The translations under genes and the position numbers were made by a program. This document shows, piece after piece, positions 26,116-36,034 of a DNA stretch of 55,284 bases (positions within the stretch are counted from its first letter, which is position 1; the number at the start of each line of letters is the position of its first letter). The notes below the pieces were generated by a model. The model had not been told where the DNA came from and did not search any database. It saw only the letters and a program-made list of their open reading frames with translations. Origin of the DNA: a virus (taxonomy: Duplodnaviria > Caudoviricetes); the IMG/VR virus record IMGVR_UViG_3300027749_003730, positions 1 to 55,284 of that record. The stretch is one strand, 5' to 3'.

Positions 26116-26652
26116 ATGACTATTTCCAAAAGCCCTGAACGACATACCTTCCAAGCGGAAAACTATGTCAAACACTGTGAGGAAAAGGGTGAAGAGCCCA
26201 ATCCCGACTATGTTAATATGTACAAGACTTGGCGAGAACAGGATGAAGAAAATCTAAAAGATCCTGCTTGGCAGAAGAACAACATGCAATATGATCTCCG
26301 ATCAACTGATTGGATACTAGCCAAAGTTCGAGAATCCGATAGCTATGCTCAAAATTTGTATGCAGCCATTTGCAACAACGATTTCTGCAAGCGTGAGATG
26401 TGGCCTATTCTCAAAGAAGAATATTGGAGTGCTAGTTGGAGATCAGCTGGAGGCATTGTTGCTGACATGCGTGAAGAGGGTGACTACATTGATTGGTACT
26501 GTAGCGGTATTGGTAATCCGGACTCGGGTTATGGGCTAGATGGCCGTCGAGCAAATGGTTATGTACCAGAAAGTGTAGTGACTGATGAAATTAAAGACGA
26601 CCTATATAAATTAGGTTGGTTAGTAGTAGAACAAAAGGATGACATGTTATGA
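26116..26652 (+). CDS. Phage hypothetical protein
   Basis: YAQNLYAAICNN...WSASWRSAGGIVADM...YIDWYCSG. Confidence 0.75.
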   Translation: MTISKSPERHTFQAENYVKHCEEKGEEPNPDYVNMYKTWREQDEENLKDPAWQKNNMQYDLRSTDWILAKVRESDSYAQNLYAAICNNDFCKREMWPILKEEYWSASWRSAGGIVADMREEGDYIDWYCSGIGNPDSGYGLDGRRANGYVPESVVTDEIKDDLYKLGWLVVEQKDDML

Positions 26653-27053
26653 GTAGGTTAGAAGGTAAAGTAGACAAAGGCTGGGGCTACGAAATCATTT
26701 GGGCAACTAATGATAAGTACTGTGGCAAACTGTTATGTTTTTCTAAACCTGGTGCAAAATTTAGTATGCACTTTCATAAAGAAAAAGAAAAAACTTGGTT
26801 TATTAATTCTGGACAGTTTGTGTTAAGATATATTGATACTAAAACAACAGAGCTTAAACTGGTAAATTTAAAAGAAGGTGACGTATGGAAAGTAGAACCA
26901 CTAGTTCCTCATCAATTAGTCGCCATGCACCCAGACTCTGTTATATTTGAAGTTAGCACCGCTGACTCTGAAACAGACATGTATAGGGTAGCCCCAGGAG
27001 ATAGTCAAGTTAAAAAGGAAGAACCAAATGCAAACATTGACATTCAAAGCTGA
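26649..27053 (+). CDS. Cupin protein (mannose-6-P isomerase/sugar isomerase-like)
   Basis: KGWGYE, SMHFH, PHQ, EVST. Confidence 0.8.
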   Translation: MSRLEGKVDKGWGYEIIWATNDKYCGKLLCFSKPGAKFSMHFHKEKEKTWFINSGQFVLRYIDTKTTELKLVNLKEGDVWKVEPLVPHQLVAMHPDSVIFEVSTADSETDMYRVAPGDSQVKKEEPNANIDIQS

Positions 27054-27201
27054 AGAAATTTTTGAAGACATTCCTGGTGATCCAGATAATGTTATAATGA
27101 ATCTTCCTCCAGAAATTTGTGAACAACAAGGTTGGAAAGAAGGTGACACACTAACAGTCACAGTCGAGGATGGTGCTATCATAATTAAAAAACATGACTA
27201 A
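27028..27201 (+). CDS. AbrB/MazE/SpoVT-like small DNA-binding protein (absent from track)
   Basis: MQTLTF...NLPPEICEQQGWKEGDTLTVTVEDGAIIIKK. Confidence 0.7.
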   Translation: MQTLTFKAEEIFEDIPGDPDNVIMNLPPEICEQQGWKEGDTLTVTVEDGAIIIKKHD

Positions 27202-27412
27202 AAATTCGGAACTAATTGAACTCACAGGTGCAGTGACTGACGTACTGCCAAATTCTACTTTTAAAGTTAAAGTAAATAATGGACATGAAGTAATATGCTA
27301 CATGGGTGGAAGATTAAAACAACATAAGATCAAAGTTATCCTCGGTGATAATGTAAAATTTGAAGTTAGCCCTTATGATCTTACCAAGGGTCGCATAACA
27401 TATAGAATGTAA
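27194..27412 (+). CDS. infA: Translation initiation factor IF-1
   Basis: IELTGAVTDVLPNSTFKV...IKVILGDNVKFEVSPYDLTKGRITYR. Confidence 0.95.
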   Translation: MTKNSELIELTGAVTDVLPNSTFKVKVNNGHEVICYMGGRLKQHKIKVILGDNVKFEVSPYDLTKGRITYRM

Positions 27413-27413
27413 A

Positions 27414-28076
27414 GTGAATGAAGACCTGTCCTTAGTTAGAAAAATATGTACGGGTATTATGACCCGTAGTGAGGATGGCGGGAAATTTAAAACAATTCTA
27501 GCAAGGGTTAAAAAAGGATTCAGCATTTTAGACTTAAAAATTTGTACTAGGCGAATGAGAGACTTAGATGAAAATGAGTTCTATGTCAATGCATACTATG
27601 ATGCAGAAGATGACGGTGCAGGTCTATGCCCAATTGAAGTCTATATATTACACAACTTAGATCAAGATGCAACCTTTGCACATGCCCAAGCCGGACAATT
27701 TGTTGTACAAATATATGATGCAGTAGTACACGAGTTGCGTCATCAGTATCAAGGGCGCCGTAGAAATTATATGCATGTTGAGCACGGTTCAGATGATGAT
27801 ATACAGTCATACTTAGGCGATCCAGATGAGATTGATGCGTATGCACTTAGTATATCAATCGAACTGATACGAAATCTCGGCCGCACCCGTTCAATACAAT
27901 ACCTACATCGGGCAAGCCAATTGGCCAAAATACGTCCAAAAGGCCTGTATGCTAGTCCAAACTTATTTGCATATTTTAATGCGTTTGGAGACATCAGTCA
28001 TCCAGTCCTCCAAAAGTTAATCAAAAAAGTGTTTTTGAATTTAGAAGTGGTTGACAAGAACGCAGTTTTCTATTAA
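27414..28076 (+). CDS. HExxH metalloprotease-like hypothetical protein
   Basis: VHELRHQYQ...YLGDPDEIDAYA. Confidence 0.55.
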   Translation: MNEDLSLVRKICTGIMTRSEDGGKFKTILARVKKGFSILDLKICTRRMRDLDENEFYVNAYYDAEDDGAGLCPIEVYILHNLDQDATFAHAQAGQFVVQIYDAVVHELRHQYQGRRRNYMHVEHGSDDDIQSYLGDPDEIDAYALSISIELIRNLGRTRSIQYLHRASQLAKIRPKGLYASPNLFAYFNAFGDISHPVLQKLIKKVFLNLEVVDKNAVFY

Positions 28077-28079
28077 AAT
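28051..28079 (+). promoter_or_regulatory. Sigma70-type promoter
   Basis: TTGACA-17-TAAAAT. Confidence 0.75.
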
Positions 28080-28108
28080 ACTTGTATATTAACAGCCTGG
28101 AGCGTATC

Positions 28109-28798
28109 GTGGCAAAAGAGTTCCCTACCCAACAAGTACTAGAATTGGCCTGTTCCGCACAAAGGATCAATGGTGCGTATCTTAAAGAACCGCAGGCCGT
28201 CTACTCCGACGATAGCATTTACATGTACACAAAGCAGACTAACAAGATGTTGATGTTGGTCACTGCACACCCAGCGATCTGGACAGCTGACCCAAAAGAT
28301 AAACCAGTAGAACTCGATGTCTTACCCGAAGATGTTGCACTAGCAGAAGAAATCCAAAAGTATTTTAAACGGTTGATGTTTGCTGCCATTGCTGGCGACA
28401 ATGAGTTTCAAACTAACATTAACAGTTTCTTAAATGCAGAAGGTATTGAAACAAAAAACTTTGGCTACATTGCCTGCCTGCCAAGCGTCTATGCTAGAGA
28501 CCGGGCACAAAACAAAATTAAAAAAGTAGCACGAAGTGTTGAAGGCGGATACTTGGGGGATATTGGTAGTCAGCTTAAAGATCTAGATTGCGAAATACTA
28601 GAGTCAGTTAAGTCAAAAAACTTTGAAGGCTGGAATATTTCTGCTATAATAAACAGTAAGATGGCATCGTGGCTTAATAAGACAGATCTTAAGATTGGTC
28701 CTTGTGTAGTAGTCAAAGCCAAAGTTAAAGATCACAGCAAACACTGGAAGCATCAAAATGATGTGACTAGATTAAATTACGTTAAGGCAGTACAATAA
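28109..28798 (+). CDS. Phage hypothetical protein (possible C-terminal OB-fold)
   Basis: GGAG SD then GTG at 28109; C-terminal KAKVKDH...TRLNYV. Confidence 0.6.
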   Translation: MAKEFPTQQVLELACSAQRINGAYLKEPQAVYSDDSIYMYTKQTNKMLMLVTAHPAIWTADPKDKPVELDVLPEDVALAEEIQKYFKRLMFAAIAGDNEFQTNINSFLNAEGIETKNFGYIACLPSVYARDRAQNKIKKVARSVEGGYLGDIGSQLKDLDCEILESVKSKNFEGWNISAIINSKMASWLNKTDLKIGPCVVVKAKVKDHSKHWKHQNDVTRLNYVKAVQ

Positions 28799-29019
28799 TG
28801 TATAAGACAATTTACACAGAAGTTGAAGTAGACGTTGACTTGTCCGATTTTGACACAGAAGACCTAATTGAAGAACTAGAGTCACGTGGGTCAGGGGTTA
28901 GTGATTTTGGCGACGGCAAAGAAATACTAGAAGCTATTCATGAAAAACGTAGACTGGGCAAAGATTACCAAACAGAACTGGATCAGTTGATTTGGGCAGG
29001 ACTAGGGAAGTTTATATGA
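28798..29019 (+). CDS. Small acidic hypothetical protein
   Basis: TAATG coupling; EVEVDVDLSDFDTEDLIEELESRG. Confidence 0.7.
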   Translation: MYKTIYTEVEVDVDLSDFDTEDLIEELESRGSGVSDFGDGKEILEAIHEKRRLGKDYQTELDQLIWAGLGKFI

Positions 29020-29213
29020 GCAATTGGGTATTCAGAACCTTAATGACCATACTGGGTATTGTGATCATCAGTCAGTTAGTAGTGTTGGTCCTCGCTCCTA
29101 TTCCACAACGTATGTGTCTCAATGGTATTATTATGGTGCCAGATAAAGGTGGAGACATGTGGGTACAAAAAGGTCTGTGGGCCACTTACTGTATACCAGT
29201 AGATAAGGATTGA
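29016..29213 (+). CDS. Small membrane-anchored hypothetical protein
   Basis: ATGA overlap; N-terminal hydrophobic helix. Confidence 0.55.
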   Translation: MSNWVFRTLMTILGIVIISQLVVLVLAPIPQRMCLNGIIMVPDKGGDMWVQKGLWATYCIPVDKD

Positions 29214-29214
29214 T

Positions 29215-29640
29215 ATGGATAATGAATTTGAAAAGTATGATGCATTTGCTAAACATATGGAAGAACGTTTTCCAAAGATGTTTAGCGGCAAGTATGGTGG
29301 ATTTGCATGTGGCGAAGGCTGGTGGCCAATTCTTGAAGAACTGTGTGGTCAGATTCAGCATCACCTTGATTGGAAGAATAAACAGTCAGAAGTTGTAGCA
29401 CAGGTAGTGGTAGCACAGATTAAAGAAAAATTTGGTGGGCTACGTTTTTATTACGACGGTGGCGATGAGCGAATCCGTGGCATGGTACAAATGGCTGAAG
29501 TATGGGCAGATGCTAGTTGTGAAGAATGTGGTGCTCCTGGTAAACGCCGAGATGGCGGATGGATTAAGACTCTGTGTGATCATCACGAAGCAGAGCGTCA
29601 ACAACGAAAGAAAGAATATGAAAATCAAACTAGTCAGTGA
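29215..29640 (+). CDS. Phage hypothetical protein with C-terminal Zn-ribbon-like motif
   Basis: GEGWWP...QIKEKFGGLRFY...CEECG...TLCDHH. Confidence 0.75.
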   Translation: MDNEFEKYDAFAKHMEERFPKMFSGKYGGFACGEGWWPILEELCGQIQHHLDWKNKQSEVVAQVVVAQIKEKFGGLRFYYDGGDERIRGMVQMAEVWADASCEECGAPGKRRDGGWIKTLCDHHEAERQQRKKEYENQTSQ

Positions 29641-30472
29641 TCTCCATTTAGAGTTCTCTGACATTAACATTGTTAACGATCAGGACTACGATGTCCTTAT
29701 CCTCGGCGGTGATATTATGATTGCCCAGGATCTCCACGACCATCATGCCGCAGACTTTAATCCCTACAGTAATGGTGCATTAGCAGACCTTAGTCGTAAG
29801 ATGCAGAGAGTTGCTCGTTTCCGCGATTTCTTTAAGCGGTGTAGTTTTCAGTTCCCACACGTTATTTATATTATGGGCAATCACGAATTCTACAATGGCA
29901 AGTTCTATGCGGCTATTGATTACATGCGTGAAGAATGTGCCAAGTATCCTAATGTATACATGTTAGAGCAAGACATGAAGATCATTAACGATGTTGTATT
30001 TGTTGGTGGTACCTTGTGGACTGATATGAACAAGCGTGATCCGTTGACTATGCATGCCATTAAAGATATGATGAACGATTTTAAAATTGTTCGTAATGAC
30101 CAGCGTGAGTATGCGGCTATGAGTCCGTTGGATGTTGCTATTCGTCATGATCGAACACTTGGCTATATTAAGCACATTGTTAAAGAACACAAGGACAAAA
30201 AGTGTGTAGTAGTTGGACATCATACTCCTAGTTTTCAAAGTATGCATCCAATGTATGCACACGATACTTTGATGAACGGTGGCTACCACAGCGAATTGAG
30301 TGAATTTATTCTGGATCATCCACAGATTGTTCTGTGGACACATGGACACACTCATCATCCATTTGATTATAAAATTGGTGAGACTCGAGTTGTATGTAAT
30401 CCACGCGGTTATGAAAACGACGGGTATAGTGAGCAAACTGGCTGGAACCCTAATATTTTATTGGAAGTATAA
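29618..30472 (+). CDS. Calcineurin-like metallophosphoesterase
   Basis: SDLHLEF, GGDI, GNHEFY, GHHTP, HGHTH, NPRGY; true start at 29618. Confidence 0.9.
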   Translation: MKIKLVSDLHLEFSDINIVNDQDYDVLILGGDIMIAQDLHDHHAADFNPYSNGALADLSRKMQRVARFRDFFKRCSFQFPHVIYIMGNHEFYNGKFYAAIDYMREECAKYPNVYMLEQDMKIINDVVFVGGTLWTDMNKRDPLTMHAIKDMMNDFKIVRNDQREYAAMSPLDVAIRHDRTLGYIKHIVKEHKDKKCVVVGHHTPSFQSMHPMYAHDTLMNGGYHSELSEFILDHPQIVLWTHGHTHHPFDYKIGETRVVCNPRGYENDGYSEQTGWNPNILLEV

Positions 30473-30987
30473 TGTCTAAATTATCTGTAATATTGAATCA
30501 CGTTAGTCATTTTAAAGATTTCAAACGTGTTTGCAGAATTAATGATTATCACGGAGAATGGATCTATGATAAAATTGATTCTAGTATAATGTATGCAGAT
30601 CATACCAGCTGGGTATATTTCATTACTGTAAACGGCATTATCTATAAAATTGGAGCGTCCGGTGTTCCATTAGGAATACGGATGTCCGACGGACAACCGA
30701 AGAAGGGTACTAAATGTAGATTTGGGAGATATCGTACAATGAAAGGTACATACACATATGATACCGATGAGTATTGTAGGATCGAACTTAGAGAGTTAAT
30801 ATATGATAAAAACAATCTTGTCGAATTTTGGGCATACAAATGTCCTATAATTAAACAAACATTAATTATGGCAGGTGAATCTATTACAGTTGAATCGTCG
30901 ATCCAGTGGGATTTAGAAAAAGCATTAATTAATCAATTTGAAAAGTTTACAGGGTCGATCCCAAAATTAAATAAAGGAAAAGCATAA
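30472..30987 (+). CDS. GIY-YIG-like nuclease-fold protein
   Basis: WVYFITVNGIIYKIGAS...R...E...P.LN. Confidence 0.5.
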   Translation: MSKLSVILNHVSHFKDFKRVCRINDYHGEWIYDKIDSSIMYADHTSWVYFITVNGIIYKIGASGVPLGIRMSDGQPKKGTKCRFGRYRTMKGTYTYDTDEYCRIELRELIYDKNNLVEFWAYKCPIIKQTLIMAGESITVESSIQWDLEKALINQFEKFTGSIPKLNKGKA

Positions 30988-31127
30988 TGAAAACAGATAT
31001 TGTAGAATTGACAAAAACAACAGCACAAAATATGTACGAGCTTATGATGCAATTAGCCGTACGAATCGAATCTCTTGAAAAAGAAAATGCAGATTTAAAA
31101 GAGAAATTGAAAAATGAATCTAAGTGA
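30987..31127 (+). CDS. Small coiled-coil protein (46 aa, absent from track)
   Basis: TAATG coupling; RIESLEKENADLKEKL. Confidence 0.55.
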   Translation: MKTDIVELTKTTAQNMYELMMQLAVRIESLEKENADLKEKLKNESK

Positions 31128-31398
31128 AAAAAATACTAGGCTGTTTAAAAAATGGCTTAAGAGTCATTTGCGAATGGGATCAGTCACTGTAGTCTTTACT
31201 AAAAAGGATGGTACAGAGCGGGTTATGAAATGCACCACTGATCCTACTATTATCATGTTCAAAGATCCTTCGAGTGTAGAAGTCAATGAGACTACCCGCA
31301 AGATTAATGAAGGCATTATGCCAGTATATGATTTGGAAGCTAATGCTTGGAAAAGTTTTCGCTGGGACAGTATTAAACAAGTGAGATTTGAACTATGA
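31114..31398 (+). CDS. WYL_2/SH3-like beta-barrel phage protein
   Basis: VVFTKKDGTERVMKCT...VYDLEANAWKSFRWD. Confidence 0.75.
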   Translation: MNLSEKNTRLFKKWLKSHLRMGSVTVVFTKKDGTERVMKCTTDPTIIMFKDPSSVEVNETTRKINEGIMPVYDLEANAWKSFRWDSIKQVRFEL

Positions 31399-31625
31399 GA
31401 CAACTAGTAGAAGATACCTGCGAAGTATTATGTGAAGACAACGGCCGCAAAATGGTTGCAGATCTTTTGAGTTTTCGAGAACACGATCATCTTGCAGTTA
31501 GTATTGAAAAACAGTTAAAATTAGAGATGCGGTGGAACGGTCAAATATACGAAGGTAGAATAGGATCAAAGACTTTTACCTCAGACGGACCATTGGTTCG
31601 AAACTACAAACAAGGCAGAAAATGA
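31395..31625 (+). CDS. Hypothetical protein
   Basis: ATGA overlaps on both sides. Confidence 0.65.
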   Translation: MRQLVEDTCEVLCEDNGRKMVADLLSFREHDHLAVSIEKQLKLEMRWNGQIYEGRIGSKTFTSDGPLVRNYKQGRK

Positions 31626-32047
31626 AAATTGGACTAAGTTATAGTCGTTGCATTTTAGACATTGTTGAAGGTCGCGTAGATATTAACGATGTACTAGTAT
31701 TGATTACTCGTACAGATTTTGATCCACGAGATGATGAACAATGGTCGGGTATTTGGTCAGGATACTGTTTGGGTGGCTTGAGTAATCCAGAATGGGGCCA
31801 TTATGACTTTAACAGTAAAGACGACGAGGACAAATTCCGTAGTGTGAGCATTATGCTTTACGCCGATGGCAAGATGCATCAGCCGCGGCAGTTCGGTGCA
31901 CATCCTAGACGCAGACCAGAATTTTGGTTAGAGACAGTTCTTCCAACTGAAGAACTAGAAAACAATCCTGCGGCTAAACTTGCTTGGGAAAAGTTTCAAA
32001 CAGTTGCTAGTCTAACAAACGTAAATTTAGACAAGGACTATCAATGA
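31622..32047 (+). CDS. Phage hypothetical protein
   Basis: IGLSYSRCILDI...GKMHQPRQFG. Confidence 0.7.
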   Translation: MKIGLSYSRCILDIVEGRVDINDVLVLITRTDFDPRDDEQWSGIWSGYCLGGLSNPEWGHYDFNSKDDEDKFRSVSIMLYADGKMHQPRQFGAHPRRRPEFWLETVLPTEELENNPAAKLAWEKFQTVASLTNVNLDKDYQ

Positions 32048-32487
32048 TTAAAGAATTTATTAATATTGTAGAATCAATGGACGGCATTACAGATGCTTGG
32101 TTCAAGCATGGGGGATTTGAAACATATAAGAAGCCTGCTAAAGAGCATTATGAAATTGCAGATGCGCCCGGTACTATTGAAACATTAGAAGGACCTGTTA
32201 AGTATCCTGCGGGCTATGTTATTATGACTGGGCCAAAGGGTGAACAATATCCTATTAGTCCAGAAAAGTTTAACGACCTTAAAGATGATCACGGTGATGG
32301 CATTTGCACCCCAAAGAAGATTATCAAAATGGCTAAGTTAGCAGATCATTCCGGATCAGTTGACACCAGCTGGGGCGAGAAGCTACACTATAATACAGGT
32401 GAAGATGTTATTGTACGCCACGGTCATAATGACTACGGTGTTGTGAAAAAAGATATCTTTGCCCAAACTTACTCACAAGGAAAATAA
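32044..32487 (+). CDS. PGDYG-like domain protein (internal duplication)
   Basis: IETLEG...[15 protein letters not shown]...F and VDTSWG...GEDVIVRHG...VV...F. Confidence 0.6.
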   Translation: MIKEFINIVESMDGITDAWFKHGGFETYKKPAKEHYEIADAPGTIETLEGPVKYPAGYVIMTGPKGEQYPISPEKFNDLKDDHGDGICTPKKIIKMAKLADHSGSVDTSWGEKLHYNTGEDVIVRHGHNDYGVVKKDIFAQTYSQGK

Positions 32488-33077
32488 TGCCAAATTTAAT
32501 ACCAATGGTAATCGAGCAAGAAGCTCGCGGAGAACGCAGTTATGACATCTACAGTCGACTACTCAAAGATCGTATTGTTATGTTAGACACAGATGTTAAC
32601 GAGCATACTGCCAGTTTACTTGTAGCTCAGTTATTATTTTTAGAAAGTCAAGGCAACGAAGACATTACATTCTTTATCAACAGTCCTGGTGGTGTTGTCA
32701 CCGCCGGCATGGCCATTTACGATACTATGCAATTTATCAAACCTGACGTATCTACAATCGTCATGGGTCAAGCCTGTAGTATGGGAAGTCTGCTTGCTAC
32801 TGCTGGTGCTCCTGGCAAGCGTAAAATGCTACCAAGCGCAAGGCACATGATACATCAGCCCTCGGGCGGTGCGGGCGGACAAGCTACTGACATGGAAATC
32901 CAAGTAAAAGAGATCCTAAAAATGAAGCAAAGCCTAACTCAAATCTACGTTAATCATAATAGTAAGGGTAAGACTTTTGAAGAGTTTCATAACGCCATGG
33001 AACGAGATAATTTCATGAGTGCTCAAGAAGCATTAGATTTTGGGTTAATCGACGAAATTATAACAAAACGCCCATGA
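32487..33077 (+). CDS. clpP: ATP-dependent Clp protease proteolytic subunit
   Basis: [24 protein letters not shown] (catalytic Ser), [13 protein letters not shown]. Confidence 0.97.
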   Translation: MPNLIPMVIEQEARGERSYDIYSRLLKDRIVMLDTDVNEHTASLLVAQLLFLESQGNEDITFFINSPGGVVTAGMAIYDTMQFIKPDVSTIVMGQACSMGSLLATAGAPGKRKMLPSARHMIHQPSGGAGGQATDMEIQVKEILKMKQSLTQIYVNHNSKGKTFEEFHNAMERDNFMSAQEALDFGLIDEIITKRP

Positions 33078-33667
33078 TAAATGATATTATTGTAGTTGAC
33101 GATGCTGTATCAAAATCGTATCAAGACTTAATCGAAAATACTATTGTTCACAATAGAGAGTTTCCTTGGTTTTTTACTCCGGCAGTCACTGGAAGCAAAA
33201 TGTTTAACGATGACGAGTTAAACAAAAAAGATACTCCAGGATGGGCGCATAAGTTTTTTGATCACGAATTAAAAGGTCCAACAAGCTCAATTGCTGATAT
33301 GTTAATACCAATAGTACATGAGGCATGTGGAAAAATTGGATTCTACCCTAAAGAACTATTGCATGGTCGGGTATTTTCATTAATGCCAAAGCTCAATAAG
33401 GGTCGAAATGTATGGCATGTGGATATAATGCATCCTCATTTAGTTTGTATTTACTATGTGTGTGATGCTACCGGACCTACAGTAATTTCCTCAGAATCTG
33501 CTGAAACACATCAGCGACAGTTTATAGATAGAGATGTTGATCTTGCAGTGGCAAAAACCGTAGAGCCTAAAAAAGGACGAGCAGTATTGTTTGATGGTAG
33601 ATTTTATCATATGTCAACTAATCCAGATGACGATAGACGTGTTATTATAAACTTTGATGTTATATAG
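33074..33667 (+). CDS. 2OG-Fe(II) oxygenase
   Basis: WHVD...IYYV.D..G.T...[13 protein letters not shown]...RRVIINF. Confidence 0.8.
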   Translation: MINDIIVVDDAVSKSYQDLIENTIVHNREFPWFFTPAVTGSKMFNDDELNKKDTPGWAHKFFDHELKGPTSSIADMLIPIVHEACGKIGFYPKELLHGRVFSLMPKLNKGRNVWHVDIMHPHLVCIYYVCDATGPTVISSESAETHQRQFIDRDVDLAVAKTVEPKKGRAVLFDGRFYHMSTNPDDDRRVIINFDVI

Positions 33668-33730
33668 CAATAAAGTGCGCAGTTAATGGACATGGATACG
33701 ACACTTAAATATGTATAATAGGAGAGTGCT

Positions 33731-34456
33731 GTGTCAAAGAAACCATTTAACTGGTCGTTGTTAGACAGAGAAAACCTGTACACTATGATGTACGAGTTAA
33801 AGCCTTTTGTAGTGGGTAAACGCCTTGCCATTAAAACCTTACAAAAACTACTGAGTACTCACCTTAAATGGCATCTTCCTATTAGAGTTAGATTACAGCG
33901 CGATTCAAAACACGACAAGGGAGTTGTTTACATAGGCGGTGTATACTATGCAGACTACGATCAAGAAGGATATAGACAGATTGAAGTAAATTTTAGCTAT
34001 AAGTCTACCAGTGCTGAAATTAAACTTTCAGACAGCCGTTGGGATAGAATGTGTAGATTGTTTGCAGATACTATCCTACACGAAATCATACACATGAGAC
34101 AATATCGTACTAGAGAATTTAAACAGATTCTGGGATATGAAAGTACAGCATATTACGCTAGGGATCGCAGAGAGCAAGAGTATTACGGCCATAAAGATGA
34201 AATGGGCGCATTTGCATTTAATATTGCCTGTGAGCTAAATGATAAATTTGGCAACAATTTTGATGCAGCCAAACAATATCTGGATAGTAATCTAGCCAAA
34301 CGTTCCAAAAAATCCTGCTGGTATAAGTATATGAAGGCATTTGATTGGAACCATAAACATCCAGTCATACGCTCAATGAAAAAGAAAATTGTCCGAAATC
34401 TGCCATATGCCCAACTTGGAAAGCCATTTAAAACACCAGACTACTTGACATACTGA
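33731..34456 (+). CDS. HExxH metalloprotease-like hypothetical protein
   Basis: LHEIIHMRQ...YYGHKDEMGAFA; GGAG SD with GTG start. Confidence 0.55.
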   Translation: MSKKPFNWSLLDRENLYTMMYELKPFVVGKRLAIKTLQKLLSTHLKWHLPIRVRLQRDSKHDKGVVYIGGVYYADYDQEGYRQIEVNFSYKSTSAEIKLSDSRWDRMCRLFADTILHEIIHMRQYRTREFKQILGYESTAYYARDRREQEYYGHKDEMGAFAFNIACELNDKFGNNFDAAKQYLDSNLAKRSKKSCWYKYMKAFDWNHKHPVIRSMKKKIVRNLPYAQLGKPFKTPDYLTY

Positions 34457-34473
34457 TAATTACGTTGTATAAT
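34445..34473 (+). promoter_or_regulatory. Sigma70-type promoter
   Basis: TTGACA-17-TATAAT. Confidence 0.85.
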
Positions 34474-34504
34474 ACAAACTATACAATTAATCATAGGAGT
34501 CAAA

Positions 34505-35833
34505 ATGAGCGATCCCTGCTACAGCGTTATTTCCTCGTTAGAGGATCATCCTAGTCGTTTGAACAAAGAAGCTATTGTTTTGGCTCAGGCCGAAGCTGGC
34601 AATAGTGAATTCTTTCACGGCGCACGTCTTGCTCTAGACCCCATGATAACATTTGGATTGAAACAAATTCCGGAGAAAAAAGATGAAGATGGTCCTGGCT
34701 TGGATTGGGATAGTTTTAGCCTCATTATCACTGGCTTTGTTAATCGCTCACTCACAGGCAATCTTGCCCGTGACACAGTTGCTAAGATGATGGAGAGTGC
34801 CACTAAGGCACAGTGGAATGGTTGGTATCGACGAATACTGATCAAAGATCTGCGTTGCGGCACCAGTGATAAAACAATTAATAAAGTAGTAGAGAAGAAA
34901 TATGTCGACTATGCTATTCCTGTATTTGGTTGTCAGCTTGCTCACGATAGTGCTAATCATGAGTCTAAGGTCACAGGAAAGAAACTCATCGAAGTCAAAC
35001 TCGATGGCGTTCGCGTTATCACTATTGTACGTAGCGATGGTCGGGTGGATATGTTCAGTCGTAATGGTAAAGAACTTGCTAACTTCCCTCACATAGCAGA
35101 ACAGATTAGTCGTGTAGTTAAAGCAAAGGCTACAAGCAAAGATATGGACTTGATTTTGGATGGCGAGATTATGTCGTCTAGTTTCCAAGACTTGATGAAA
35201 CAAGTACACCGCAAGGACAATGTAGAAGCAGGCGATGCTGTACTTAACTTGTTTGATGTACTGCCGTTGGAAGATTTCGAAAAAGGTATCTATAATAAAA
35301 CTCAGAGCGTTCGTAGTAGCATGGTCAAGTTTTGGGTGGAACAGAATCAAGACATGTTGCCTAATGTGACTTGTCTAGCTAATGAATTAGTCGACTTGGA
35401 TACAACCGAAGGTCAGTTGCGTTTCAAAGAAATTAACGCACAGGCTATTGTTGGTGGATACGAAGGGATTATGATCAAAGATCCAGAAGCTCCTTACGAA
35501 TGTAAACGTAGTGTAGCATGGCTTAAATTAAAACCGTTTATTGAAGTATCGTTGGAGGTACAAAATGTTGAAGAAGGCACTGGAAGAAATTTGGATAGAC
35601 TTGGAGCTCTTGTTTGCTCCGGCAACGATGACGGGAAGTCAATCGATGTCAATGTTGGTAGTGGCTTTAGCGATAATGATAGAATTGAGTTTTGGAATAA
35701 CCGTGATAATCTTATTGGCCAGATTGTTGAAGTCCGTGCTGATGCCGTGACCCAAAATCAAGACGGTACATACAGTTTGCGATTTCCTCGGTTTAAAGGA
35801 TTCCGCGGATTTATCAAAGGAGAAAAAATATGA
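34505..35833 (+). CDS. ATP-dependent DNA ligase
   Basis: EVKLDGVR, SRNG, LDGE, FDVL, EGIMIK, WLKLK, VGSG, SLRFPRF. Confidence 0.95.
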   Translation: MSDPCYSVISSLEDHPSRLNKEAIVLAQAEAGNSEFFHGARLALDPMITFGLKQIPEKKDEDGPGLDWDSFSLIITGFVNRSLTGNLARDTVAKMMESATKAQWNGWYRRILIKDLRCGTSDKTINKVVEKKYVDYAIPVFGCQLAHDSANHESKVTGKKLIEVKLDGVRVITIVRSDGRVDMFSRNGKELANFPHIAEQISRVVKAKATSKDMDLILDGEIMSSSFQDLMKQVHRKDNVEAGDAVLNLFDVLPLEDFEKGIYNKTQSVRSSMVKFWVEQNQDMLPNVTCLANELVDLDTTEGQLRFKEINAQAIVGGYEGIMIKDPEAPYECKRSVAWLKLKPFIEVSLEVQNVEEGTGRNLDRLGALVCSGNDDGKSIDVNVGSGFSDNDRIEFWNNRDNLIGQIVEVRADAVTQNQDGTYSLRFPRFKGFRGFIKGEKI

Positions 35834-36033
35834 TTGTAAATGTAGTAGAAGGTCAAGTGTGGTCTGCAGTCGACGGTACAAGATTTAGAGTTATTAAACA
35901 AATAAACATGTACGGAAAAGACTGGGCATACTATGTTAATGAAGAAACCGGTAAGGAATATTCTTGTTGGGTAGAGAGCTTTGTTAGTCGTTTTAGACCG
36001 CACTTAAATAATCAATATAATAAAGGAGAATAA
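35830..36033 (+). CDS. Small hypothetical protein
   Basis: ATGA overlap, GGAG SD. Confidence 0.65.
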   Translation: MIVNVVEGQVWSAVDGTRFRVIKQINMYGKDWAYYVNEETGKEYSCWVESFVSRFRPHLNNQYNKGE

Positions 36034-36034
36034 T

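Noticed and set aside
30472-30987. Intron-encoded homing endonuclease
   Set aside because: Free-standing and coupled by TAATG overlaps to intact neighbours; no interrupted host gene.
34748-35350. 200-aa antisense ORF within the DNA ligase gene
   Set aside because: Shadow of the codon-biased ligase; no motifs.
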